64,000 bases of DNA, taken from contig NC_135806.1 in NCBI RefSeq assembly GCF_964213995.1, positions 105,524,001 through 105,588,000 on the forward strand. The letters run 5' to 3'. The stretch is from Mustelus asterias (taxonomy: Eukaryota). Shown piece after piece: positions 53,441-64,000 of this stretch; within the stretch, counting starts at the first letter, position 1; every line of letters starts with the position of its first letter. A program made the translations under genes and the position numbers. The notes under the pieces were generated by a model. It worked only from the letters and a program-made list of their open reading frames with translations. It was not told the DNA's origin and did not search any database.

Positions 53441-54085
53441 TAATTAGAAGTTATCAAAGGAATAATTAAAATAATGTCCAAAATATATCTAGCCACCCTA
53501 CACTCACTAGCTTAAAAATGTGATTTTATATCACAATAACATGTTGGATGTGCATCCAGATTTGTTGCAAATGTATGGTTTTTCTTCATCATAATCTACT
53601 ATGTAATCAATACACATTTGTGTCCCTCAATTTACAGATTTTAAACATTCACCTCCTGATTCCATTTTAAAAATGGCTCCAGAAGTAACTGGATGCAAAT
53701 TCAAATCCCCATTTTCAGATTACCACTGTGTATAGCATAGTGCATCTGCCAGTTTGCAACAATATGGCATGGTGTGAGGCTTCTGCATTTGATTTGGAGA
53801 GAAAGTTCCATGTGAAGTATTCAAAACTCAGATCCATCTTCAGTTTGAAAATAGGATATTAGGAATCCTGAAGATGTCTACCAAAACCCACAAGGGTTTA
53901 AAACTATTCTAACTTATTTTCACAACAATAAATAATATGCATATTATGTTATTTAAAATGTGCACAATTCCTAGTTAAGGCATATTTTAGCCAGTTTACT
54001 ACAGAAGGTAGAATCTGCAAGTACGCAAGGTTGAAAATTCATAACAAACAGAGCCAAAAAAAATCAAGCTTGAAGGAAGGCTCAC

Positions 54086-54158
54086 CTCTGATAAAAATGT
54101 TTGTGCTGATTTTTGTGCTCCTACATGGAGTAGATATTCATATACATACAGTGCTAAC
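54086..54158 (-). CDS. SSBP2: SSBP2 coding exon (exon 2 equivalent), LisH part of the LUFS domain: (x)[24 protein letters not shown]
   Basis: Minus strand reads tttgtatttcag|G TTA GCA CTG TAT GTA TAT GAA TAT CTA CTC CAT GTA GGA GCA CAA AAA TCA GCA CAA ACA TTT TTA TCA GAG|gtgagc; 73 nt; matches the SSDP-family N-terminus as I recall it. Confidence 0.96.
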
Positions 54159-55499
54159 CTGAAATACAAACACAAATGGTTTCAGTGCTTTACCAGTTTT
54201 GAATAAATAAAAGTTTCAAGTTAAAATTATTCACTCAACCATATATGGCATGCTTCAGCCATCTCAGTCATGGTATTATATTGATGTACCAGCCTAAAGA
54301 AATTCAGACATTTTTTAACAAAATGAAACAAGTCAGCAAGAAAACATGGATCGTACGTTAATGTCAAAATTTTATCAAATTTTGATGTTCTATAGTAAAC
54401 GCCTGAGTTGATGGACACAGTTTTTATCAAAACCAAACCGAAATGATATTTTTTTTATGATGAATGTCAATGTTTGTTTTCAATTTTGATGCAATTAGTG
54501 TCCATCTACAACAAATTTTTATAATGGGGCAAAGTGAGTAAATAAAGTTAGAAGGGAAAAACAGTCTTGAAATCTGAAAGCTCTTGAAATCATCACCCAG
54601 TTAACATTCTAAGGAAAACCAAGCATCCTCCCACCTGCAATGATGTAAACTGGATTTATCCACAACACAGCAAAATGGATTCAGAAAGTTCCAGATTTTT
54701 GTGATGGTGCAATATCATTGGGACAGAAACTTACTGAAATGCCCTGTTGCAGAAAATGTGATAGGCTCCTGTAACTTTATTTGGTGATGCATTATGAAAT
54801 TTTCAATGTATGGATACCTCCTTTAAAAACAGCACATCTTTGTTTCATGAATTCAAAGCATGCAATGCTCCAGTTCTGTGATAAGAGGGAACAAAGAATG
54901 CCACTGTTAAGTCATTAAAGTCTGGCACATGTGGAATAATTATTGAAGAAGACCTTCCCTATCTGATCCTTATTTTCAGCAAAATAAAGACTACATGGCC
55001 AGAATTTTATGTTCCTCCCACTGCACCCCGTCCCCCCTCCCCACTTCCCCATCAGTGGGTTCTGAGACCCAGGGTGGGGGACTGGGGGAGAACTATAGGG
55101 AAGTAAAATAACATAGACGGGATTCCCTCCGGGATCCTGCCCACCCTGACCTGGGTGTGATTTTACAGTGGGTGGGCAAGGAATCAGGCGAGAAGCCTGC
55201 CAATGTCTCAGTTAAGGCCTTTAAGTAGCCACTTAATGGCTACTTCAGGGCTTTTTCTGCCCAGCCCCAATCTTTAGGTTAGCAGGCATCCAATGACTGT
55301 GGGTAGGAATCAGAAACGGTTCTCATCCTTGATCTCGGGCAGGAAGGCAGGGGGAGGAGTGCATCTCCATCACGTGGCCCTGTCAGGCAGGAGGCACCCA
55401 CCCATCCCACTGGCCAACTTCCCGACAGTGAGATTGTCCAACTCATGACCCTCCAGAGCTTCCCCTACCCTCCCCAGGAGCCCTGGTACTTACCAACGC

Positions 55500-55749
55500 C
55501 GATGGTAGTCATGATGTGGAGATGCCGGCGTTGGACTGGGGTAAGCACAGTAAGAAGTCTCACAACACCAGGTTAAAGTCCAACAGGTTTATTTGGTAGC
55601 AAATACCATAAGCTTTCGGAGCACTGCTCCTTCGTCAGATGGAGTGGTCTCTGTTCCTGACGAAGGAGCAGTGCTCCGAAAGCTTATGGTATTTGCTACC
55701 AAATAAACCTGTTGGACTTTAACCTGGTGTTGTGAGACTTCTTACTGTG
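55500..55749. mobile_element. Miniature fold-back PLE (99-bp arms, 18-nt spacer, tail), 11-bp TSD
   Basis: Arms 55540-55638 and 55657-55755; TSD cttaccaacgc at 55489-55499 and 55750-55760. Confidence 0.9.
55606..55642 (-). ncRNA. Minimal type-I hammerhead ribozyme motif
   Basis: ccat CTGACGA a ggagc agt gctcc GAAA gc tt atgg. Confidence 0.82.
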
Positions 55750-56858
55750 CTTACCAACGCAACAGTTCCCGGGACTTAGTCTCAAGCAGTACCTCTTCCA
55801 GCCACTGCAGTACTGTTCCTAGATGGGCAGGGGAACTATCAGCCAATATGATTAGTCAATAACTCTTCAGGGCAGAACTTCCTCCAAGTGTGGCCGGGCG
55901 TCCCACCGGCTACCAGTCATCGCTTATTAGAGTGTGAAATGGCAGCAGCCCTGTCAGAGTCTGCGGGCGTGCATTCCTCTGAAAGTTCCCCTTGGCATCC
56001 TGAAAATTCAGGCCTATTAGATAATTTGACTTATTCTCAGATGCCGATCATTCAAACTTATTGTACAATGTCGATTTCATTGTGGACTGCTACAGCAAAC
56101 AAATTCCTAAGTCAAGTTATTTCACCAAGAGCCAGGAACGTACTGGATGATGATATGGAATGCAGAACACAAATAAACATACACGCACTTTCCTCATCTT
56201 TTTGGGTCTCCCTTTACCAAACGCCTTGTTGCTCTTCAACTATGGCAGCAGGTCGACAATCTATTTTCAGACCTTGGCGAACCTCAATATAAAAACGTAT
56301 GAATTAGAAGCAGCAGTACATACAAATTAGGCCACTCAGCCACTCGAGTCTGCTCCATCATGCAATAGGTTCATGACTAATCTGATTGTAACCTCAACAC
56401 CACATTCCCACCTAGCCCTGATTAACCTTTCACCCTGTGTTTATTATGAATCTATCTAACTCTGCCTTAAAAATATTCAAAGACTCTGGCTGGGGTTTTT
56501 CCAGACCAACCGTGCAGCCCAGCCAAAGATCCACTAACTTTCAAGCAGGACTGGACGATCCCAGGGATGGCTGAGGCTAAAAAATCCCACCTTCTTCATC
56601 CACTTGCCTTTGAGGAAGTGAGTTCCAAAGACTCAGAACCCTCAGAGAAAACAAATTCTCTTAATCTCTGTCTTAAATAGGCGACCGCTTATTTTTAAAC
56701 AGTGACTCATAATACTAATTAGATTCTCCAACAGAGGTAACATTCTTTCCATATCTGCCCCTGTCAAGACCCCTATGGATCTTTTATGTTTCAATCAAGT
56801 CAACTCCTACTCTTCTAAACTCTAGTGAATACAAGCCTGGCCTGTCCAACCTTTCCTC

Positions 56859-57208
56859 TTACTGTGTTTACCCCAGTCCAACGCCGGCATCTCCACACTA
56901 TCAGTAACCCCCACAGCTTGCCTCCTGGACTTGCAGAATCTCACTAGCTGTCCTGTCTGGAGACAATACACATCTCTTCAACCTGTGCTTAATGCTCCCT
57001 CCACTCACATTGTCTGTATCTTTAAGACCTGGTTGGTTGTAGAGATTCGCATTCTAATCAGTATTCTGTAACTTGATTTTGTGTCTCTGTGCCCTGTTTG
57101 AGAGCAGATTTCCACTCCATCTGACGAAGGAGCAGCGCTCCGAAAGCTAATGGCATTTGCTACCAAATAAACCTGTTGGACTTTAACCTGGTGTTGTTAA
57201 AACTCTTA
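56859..57208 (+). mobile_element. ~350-nt ORF-less, unit-length PLE derivative with hammerhead (retrozyme-like), 12-bp TSD
   Basis: Order: tail (ttactgtgtttaccccagtccaacgccggcatctccaca), ORF end (ctatcagTAA), pseudo-LTR, hammerhead, ctctta; TSD caacctttcctc at 56847-56858 and 57209-57220. Confidence 0.88.
57117..57153 (+). ncRNA. Minimal type-I hammerhead ribozyme motif (CUA triplet)
   Basis: ccat CTGACGA a ggagc agc gctcc GAAA gc ta atgg. Confidence 0.85.
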
Positions 57209-57487
57209 CAACCTTTCCTCATCAGACAACCTGCTCATACCAGGTATTAGGCTACTAAAACTTCTCTGAACTGCTTCATTATGGTTGTGGAAGACCAATC
57301 AGCCCTATTTAATTCATTAAATATAAACTCCTCCCTATTACAAGATCTAATTGTTTCAAATCATTCCATGCATCTTTCCTCCATGATCTTACCTGGAGGT
57401 CTATTCCAAATGATCATTTATTTGTATTTCAAGAACCATAAAACCACATATTTACCCCACTAATCCCCCTTAATCTACACACCTTGG

Positions 57488-57690
57488 GATAGTAAAGGAC
57501 AATTTACCATGACCAACCACCCAACCTGCACATTTTTGGACTGTGAGAGGAAACCAGAGCTCTCAATGGAAACCCATGCAAACATGGAGAGAACATGTAA
57601 ACGCCACACAGTCACCCAAGTCAGGAATTGAACCGGGGTCCCTGGCACTGTGAGGCAACAGTGCTAACCACGGTGCCACCGTGCTGCCCT
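57488..57690 (-). mobile_element. HE1-type SINE
   Basis: gtgctaaccacggtgccaccgtgctgccc (reverse complement of head). Confidence 0.8.
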
Positions 57691-57699
57691 CGATTTTGG

Positions 57700-58680
57700 T
57701 TGATTTCAGTGGTCTCAACTCCACTTTCCTGATTGCCCCCCATAACTCTCGACTCTCTTGTCTATTTCTAAATCTATCTAACACAGCCTTGAATAAATTC
57801 AATGACCCAGTCTCCATTGCTTTCTGCGGAAGAGAATTCCACAGACTAATGACTCCGAGGGAGAATTTCTTTTCACCTCCATGTTAAAAAGGAGACCTCT
57901 TATTTTTAAACTGTTTTCTTGGTTCTAGATTTCACCCCCAAGTGAAATATCGATCTGGTCTTCACCCCCTCAAGTCCCTTCAGGATTTTATATACTTCAA
58001 TAAGATCACCTGTCATTTAAATTTGAATGGAGATAGACCACTTATGGCTGTTTAACTGTTCTTCATAAGATAAGCCCTTCATTGCAGGAACGAGTCAAGT
58101 GAACCTTGTCTAAACTGCACCTAATGCAATTATATCCTATTTCAAACAAGGAGACCAAAACTGTACACAATAATCTAGGTCTCACCAAGGCCCTGCACAG
58201 CTGCTGCAAAATGTCCCTACTTTTATATTCCATTCTCCTTGCAATAAATAGCAATAGTCTATTTGACTTGCTGTACCTGCATACTAACTTTTTGTGATTA
58301 ATGTACCAGGACATGCAGATCCCCCTCTGCGACAGGGTTCTACAGTCACTCTGCATTTAAATAGTACACTGTTTTTCTATTCTTCCTGCCAAAAAGTGGA
58401 CAAGTTCACATTTTCCCACATTATACTCCCTCTAGCTGCATCTGCCAAGTTTCTGCCTACTCACTTAAGCTTTCTATATCCTCTGTAGACTCTTCACCCC
58501 TCTTGACAACTTACTTTCCTACCTATTCTGATGTCATTGGCAAATTTAGCTAGCATTCATTTGGTCCCTTCATCAAAGTCATTGATATAGTTTGTAAACA
58601 GTTGAGGCCCCGGCACTGATCCCTCTAGCACTTTACTAGTTACAGCTTGCCAACCCGAATATTACCCATTTCTTGCTACA
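57700..58680 (-). mobile_element. Old CR1 3' part
   Basis: ORF 58063-58356(-) FIARRMEYKSRDILQQLCRALVRP; minus-strand cagtgccggggcctcaactgtttaca. Confidence 0.75.
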
Positions 58681-60171
58681 GTGCATAGGTTTACACATTT
58701 AGCTGCTTAGGCTCGCAAGTCTCTTTCAGCTTCATCCAATGCTTTGTTAACCATGTTCATGGAGTACACGTGTCACCTGTTTTTCTTTCCTATCTTTATA
58801 TTTGCACTTCTCTAGATTAAAATTCATTGGTTTCCCACTGACATTTCTTGTCTAAATTATTCTGTAATTTCTTAACTGGCTCCACAGATTCCACTGCCCC
58901 TGGAAGTTTGGAATATTTGGCAAACTTTATCACTTATTGAGTTTCTGCGACTAGGTAATCTATGTATTTGTTTTACTTTTCAGTTGGGGTATTATCCATT
59001 CTCTGGTTTACCCTTCATGTATAACTTTTGGAAGTCACAGTACACCACATCACTAACTTTCCATAGTCCATTTTTGGGGTCATTTACCCAAACAGAATCA
59101 AGGAATGTCTTCAGCCAGGATCTTCCCTTTCTGATTTATTGTTAACTATTTCAGAGGAAAAACGCAGGGCTCTGGGATCAGAGCAAAGGAGTGGATTTAA
59201 TGTGATACCTCTACCAAAGAGGCATGGGCATAATGGAATGAATAACCTCGGATGTTGTATGGTTCACGTGGTCAGTTTTACTCCTGATAATCAATTTCAT
59301 TAAGTTACATGGAATGGAAGATGAAAGGATCTATACAGTTTCTATTTGTTTCATTACCCTATATCAGTGCCTCACAAATCTCCTCGCTGGTCTCTGTCAG
59401 CCCTCTAATCCAGGGACAGATTTGTTTAAAAAGGCCTTTTAACTCTTTTCACAACTTTCATCTTATTACTAGCTTTAAGTTATTAATTTTATTTGCGATA
59501 TCTTTGAAGAACACAGGATGCTTTTGACTTCCCTGTGATCACTTGGAAGAAATAGTCAGAGCATGTACTCATGGTTTGCTCCTTCTGTTTCCAGGCTCTT
59601 TGCACTTTTTATGATTTTAATCCCTTCACTGACTGCTCCATTTTGTCATCATATTGGAATATTTTTACTGTTCTTGGTTAGCGTTGGTAGCTACGTCTTT
59701 TTGCAAATCTCTGTTGAATCACTCAGCATCACATTTCTTCAGACTGAGCGTGTTCCTTTTGGGAATGAATTTATCCTGCATGCTCAGCATTTTACCTTTG
59801 AAAGTATTTCAGGTATCTTATAATAGTGTTCTAATCCAGTCATGCTCCATAATATGGATCGTATTTTCTGAACTCCAGTAGAATTTCTTCCACAGGTTTT
59901 GGTACAAACAGAGCGGAATTGCACAAAGTTTAGCATTATAAAAGCAGTCTTCATTTCACATCAATTAAGGCACAAGGACAAGAGTAATTTGAACGTAAAT
60001 GAGTACTGCACATTAAGTGGCAGAATTCTGGATAAGCTAAGAGTTTGCGTAACAACTACTTGCGAGGCCAAAAAAAGAAAGCATTGAACTAGTTGATTTT
60101 AGCGAGAATAAAGTTGAGGAGAAATTTAAAAACCTGGAGAAAGGAAATCGGGCAGGAAGGTGGAATATTAA

Positions 60172-60323
60172 AATTTATTTATTAATCACAAGTAGGCTTA
60201 CATTCACGCAGACACAAGGAGAACACGCAAACTCCATACAGACAGTGACCCAAGGCCAGATTTGAACCCGGCTCCCTGGCACTGTGAGGCAACAGTGCTA
60301 ACCACTATGCCACCATGCCAGCC
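60172..60323 (-). mobile_element. HE1-type SINE, internally deleted
   Basis: SINE head and tail present, core largely missing. Confidence 0.75.
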
Positions 60324-60600
60324 TTGACAATTATAGGTAATTTTTTAGAGATGAAAAAGGGTGGTTTAGTGATGAACTGAACTGAACCTTGGAATTTAGA
60401 TTCCTAAGTGTGCATTACGTTGATGCTACACACGATTAATTGCATTCCGAGTGATCAAACAGAAACAGGGATGGATTGGGTGGTTTAGTCGAACGTTTCG
60501 GGCAAGAATCAAACAGGGCTTCGGTCTTGCTTATGTTTCAGGGAACCTCAAACATAATATTGGGGTTAAAATTACCTATTCCCTGAAGAATCTTCAATAA

Positions 60601-60880
60601 GGATGGCACAGTATCACAGTGGCTAGCACTGCTGCCTCACAGCACCAGGGTCACTGTCTGTGTGGAGTCAGCACGTTCTTCCCGTGTCTGCGTGGGTTTC
60701 CTCCGGGTGCTCCGGTTTCCACCTACAGTCCGAAAGATGTGTTGGTTAGGTGCACTGGCCATGCTAAATTCTCCCGTAACGTACCCAAACAGGCGCCGAA
60801 GTGTGGTGACTAGGGAATTTTCACAGTAACTTCATTACAGTGTGAATATAAGCCTACTTGTGATTAATAAATAAACTTTA
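60601..60880 (+). mobile_element. HE1-type SINE, B-box region deleted
   Basis: Head gcactgctgcctcacagc, core gggtttcctccgggtgctccggtttcc, tail taataaataaacttt. Confidence 0.8.
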
Positions 60881-61382
60881 ATGTTCCACCTCCCTGCCCG
60901 ATTTCCTTTCTCCAGGCTTTTAAATCTCTCCTCATAGCTTCGGTTTTCAGAGCTTGGTGTTGGTAGCATTATCCTACACTGCCTCCAATGTCTGAATGTC
61001 TTGTTATGATGCTGTAAAGAATGCTGTACACTCCAGAAACCAAATTTCAGTCGACCTGGGAAAAAGCACCTTAGTTGCCTCAATTGATTGTCCACTGCTT
61101 GTGGACAGGTAGATGTATCATCTCAGACCCTGCCTTCTTGATAATGACTTGGGAGCACGATGGTGCTGGTAAACTAGCAAAGCCAACTAGCAGTGCCACG
61201 TAGAAACCAAAAACATAACCGAGTAGTCAGCAGGGGTTTCGAAAGGAAAGATCATGCTTGGACGACCTTACTGATTTATTTGAAGAAGTAACAGAAATAG
61301 CAGACAAGGGAAATGCATAGTAGGCGCATGACTCATTTTAGAATCAGCAAACAGGTAGAAGGACAGATAGCAAGCTGGCTAC

Positions 61383-61570
61383 TTTAAGACCTGGCTGGCT
61401 GTAGGGATTCGCATTCTAATCAGTATTCTGTAACTTGATTTTGTGTCTCTGTGCACTGTTTGAGAGCACATTTCCACTTCATCTGACGAAGGAGCAGCGC
61501 TCCGAAAGCTTATGGTATTTGCTACCAAATAAACCTGTTGGACTTTAACCTGGTGTTGTTAAAACTCTTA
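61383..61570 (+). mobile_element. 5'-truncated PLE pseudo-LTR (same subfamily as 56859-57208) inside a CR1 fragment
   Basis: Near-identical to ~57020-57208; short ctac duplication at the ends. Confidence 0.85.
61479..61515 (+). ncRNA. Minimal type-I hammerhead ribozyme motif
   Basis: tcat CTGACGA a ggagc agc gctcc GAAA gc tt atgg. Confidence 0.8.
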
Positions 61571-62754
61571 CTACAAAACAGAAAACAGAGGGTATGTTTC
61601 AAATGTTAGTGAGGGCAGTACTGTTGGCTGGTGGGCCCAGAACGTGGCACTGCTAGTTGGCACTGCTAGTTTACCAGCATCATCCTGCTCCCAAGTCATT
61701 ATCAAGAAGGCAGGGTCTGAGATGGTACATCTACCTGTCCACAAGCAGTGGACAACCAATTGAGGTAACTAAGGTGCTTTTCCCAGGTCGACTGAAATTT
61801 TTGGCTTGCAAACCCCAAACTGTGGCTGAAGGATGGCCAGTGAAAACAGGTGACCTCCTGAGGGGAGACCATAGTGGGCAGGACTCCAGAAAAGATTCCC
61901 TCTCCACAATAGCAGTTGTGGACGATCTGATTATTCAAAACTTTCAAAATGCTGAGAAGGCAATTCCATCATCCATCGCTCTCTCCCTTCCATTGACAGG
62001 CTGCAGCTCTCTCAGCACTGGACAGTCTCCTATTGGCTCCCCAGAATCAGGAGCACACCCAGCATCCTTAGTTGGACAGCAAGTGCATCATTTGGCCAGT
62101 AATTGGCCATTGCTACAAAAAATTGTGACAGATGACCGTTTCCAACATGATGCAGGGTTGAGACCTGAAACTTGTCCCGGGTCGAGCTCCCCACTCCAAA
62201 TGAAAATTCAGCCCTGAGAGTAGCGGGTATTATGTCTCAAGTTTCTCAGAAGTCTGAAAAAAAATCACATTTTAGACACAAATACTGGAGCTGAGATTGA
62301 GTATACTTTTCAGATCTAACCACCTTCTACGGAATGATACACTCTCTCTAACAGACCTTGAAGCGAGGAGAACACGAGAGTTCCATGGCAAGAGCTTGCA
62401 CATGGCATCCTTTAACATGGACGTACTGGTGCGCTGCGTCTACTGCATGGCCGACCAGTAAGCTCTTCCATTCTTACCTCCTGCCATAGATGTGTTTGAA
62501 TGACTTACAGGTTGACAATCAATTCAATGAACACACCTTTCATGGAAATCAAGTTCTGCATGGACTGGAACGTGAACTCAGATCACCCAGGTTGCAGTTA
62601 TGGACATACCTGCTGCAACACAAGCCCTCCTGCAGAATGATACACTGTTGATTTGGTACACCGATCATAATGCTGTAGTGAGTGATGTGGCATCCTGGAT
62701 TAGCATGTATACATGCACATAACAACATAGTTCCTGACTCTTATTGAATAAAAT

Positions 62755-63740
62755 AACAATATAACAGGTGATTAAGGGTAACTACTCAACTCAGCAAAGG
62801 TTCCATTGGTATCAGTGTTGGGATCAATGTTTTTCACAATTCACATTAACGATTTGGACTCTAGGATCAGAAATACAATTTCAAAATCCGCAAATTACAC
62901 CAAATTAGGGGTGCACTTAACACAACAGAAAGAATTTGAACAAATACAAGAAAGACATTAATAAGCTTACAAAATAGGTGTGTGATTGACAAATCAACTT
63001 CAATATGGCTAAGCGCACATCTTGGTAGGAAGAATAAGTCAGGTAAATATTACTTCGTAAAGAATCTGAACGGGGTACAGAAGCAAAAGGGATCTAGGAT
63101 ACAGATACACAAATTGCTAGAAGTACAAACATGGGATAATAAGTCATAAACAAAATCAAACAAAGTACAGAGGGGTATTTCTAGAGGGATAGAATTGAAA
63201 ATCAGAAAGGTTATATAGAACTTGCATCAAATCTTTGTTAGACAACACTTGGGGTACTGTTAACTGTCTTGATCTCCATACTATAAAAATATGGAAGCAT
63301 TAGAGACAGTGCACAAAGATTTAAAAGGATGTTACCAAAACTGAGACCGGAATCTCCGACCTCGCCCATGGCTGGGATTCTCCAGGGTAGGGTGACTGAG
63401 ATCGGAGAATCCCGGCCAAACTTATCAGGAACACTAAACAGACTGAGATTCCTTTCTCTTGGAAAGAGAAGTTTGGGTGAGGGATGACCTGATGGAGGAG
63501 AAGTTTTAAGCGAAGTTCTTTGGGAGGGCTAACAGAGAAAGACGGCATAGTATAAATGGCAGAGTTTTGAAAAATGTAGATGAACTGAGACACCGAGTGT
63601 TTATATATACAACTCCTTCTAAGTGGCAAGACAAGTTGATAAGGAGGTTTTTTAAAAAAATTGGCAGAAGATTTGGAGGGGAGATGAGGAGAATTTCTTT
63701 TCAACACAGGAAGTTGTTGGAATCTGGATAGCGTAGATTT
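62755..63740 (+). mobile_element. Very old CR1 remnant
   Basis: ggttccattggtatcagtgttgggatca (GVPQGSVLG-like), gttagacaacacttggggtactgt, gtgcacaaagatttaaaaggatg. Confidence 0.55.
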
Positions 63741-63901
63741 AATAGATAGACTGAAGGAGGTCATTCAGATGGGAAGAGATTTTCCTCGTCTACCTTATCC
63801 AAGTCTGTCATAATCTTGTGCACCTCTATCAAATCTCCCATCACCTTTGTTCCAAGGAGAACAACCCCAGCCTTTCCAACCTAGCCCCTGTAACTAAACT
63901 T

Positions 63902-64000
63902 TTAGGTGGATTGGCCATGCTAAATTGCCCCTTAGTGTCCCAAGATGTGTAGGTTAGGTGGATTAGCCATGGGAAATGTGTGGGGTTATGGTGATGGGAC
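63902..64000 (+). mobile_element. HE1-type SINE fragment running off the window end
   Basis: ggattggccatgctaaattgccccttagtgtcccaagatgtgtaggttagg. Confidence 0.65.

Larger units (their letters stand above)
54997..56014. mobile_element. Harbinger-type MITE hosting a PLE insertion
   Basis: TIR-like ends ggccagaatttt / aaaattcaggcc; flanks cat/tat. Confidence 0.65.
56300..57280 (-). mobile_element. Old CR1 3' fragment hosting a small MITE (~56488-56590) and a PLE
   Basis: Reverse-complement CR1 3' UTR motifs; sequence resumes after TSD caacctttcctc. Confidence 0.7.

Noticed and set aside
2756-61570. Recurrent caacaccaggttaaagtccaacaggtttatttggtagc sequence as a CRISPR-like repeat
   Set aside because: Dispersed, not a regularly spaced array; it is the PLE pseudo-LTR end, in a eukaryotic intron
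61657-62217. 186-aa ORF
   Set aside because: Crosses an inverted-duplication arm and MITE remnants; no recognisable domain or splice structure
1-64000. PLE targeting of CR1 (5 of 7 copies) and antisense bias of long CR1s
   Set aside because: Sample too small, CR1 covers much of the window, and the target sequences share no motif

Overview
Eukaryotic, repeat-rich vertebrate DNA, very probably a shark (inferred from HE1-type tRNA SINEs, many CR1 LINEs, Rex1/Babar, Penelope-like elements and Harbinger MITEs). The whole window lies inside one minus-strand gene, SSBP2 (SSDP/LUFS family). Three short coding exons, missed by the ORF track, are at 54158-54086, 52893-52832 and 15858-15774; all have GT-AG borders and compatible phases. 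The rest is intron. The most interesting signal is a young Neptune-type Penelope-like (PLE) family: seven TSD-flanked insertions carrying minimal type-I hammerhead ribozymes with covarying stems. Two copies are fold-back palindromes, and one is a ~350-nt ORF-deleted unit that starts and ends at the same sequence (retrozyme-like). Other oddities are a captured, apparently spliced ARHGAP8 RhoGAP fragment 1 kb downstream of SSBP2 exon 3, a structured element with a U2 snRNA 5' segment fused to an octamer/GC-box/CCAAT, and several local inverted templated duplications. All family assignments come from recognising motifs by eye; no database searches were run, and boundaries of old repeats are approximate.
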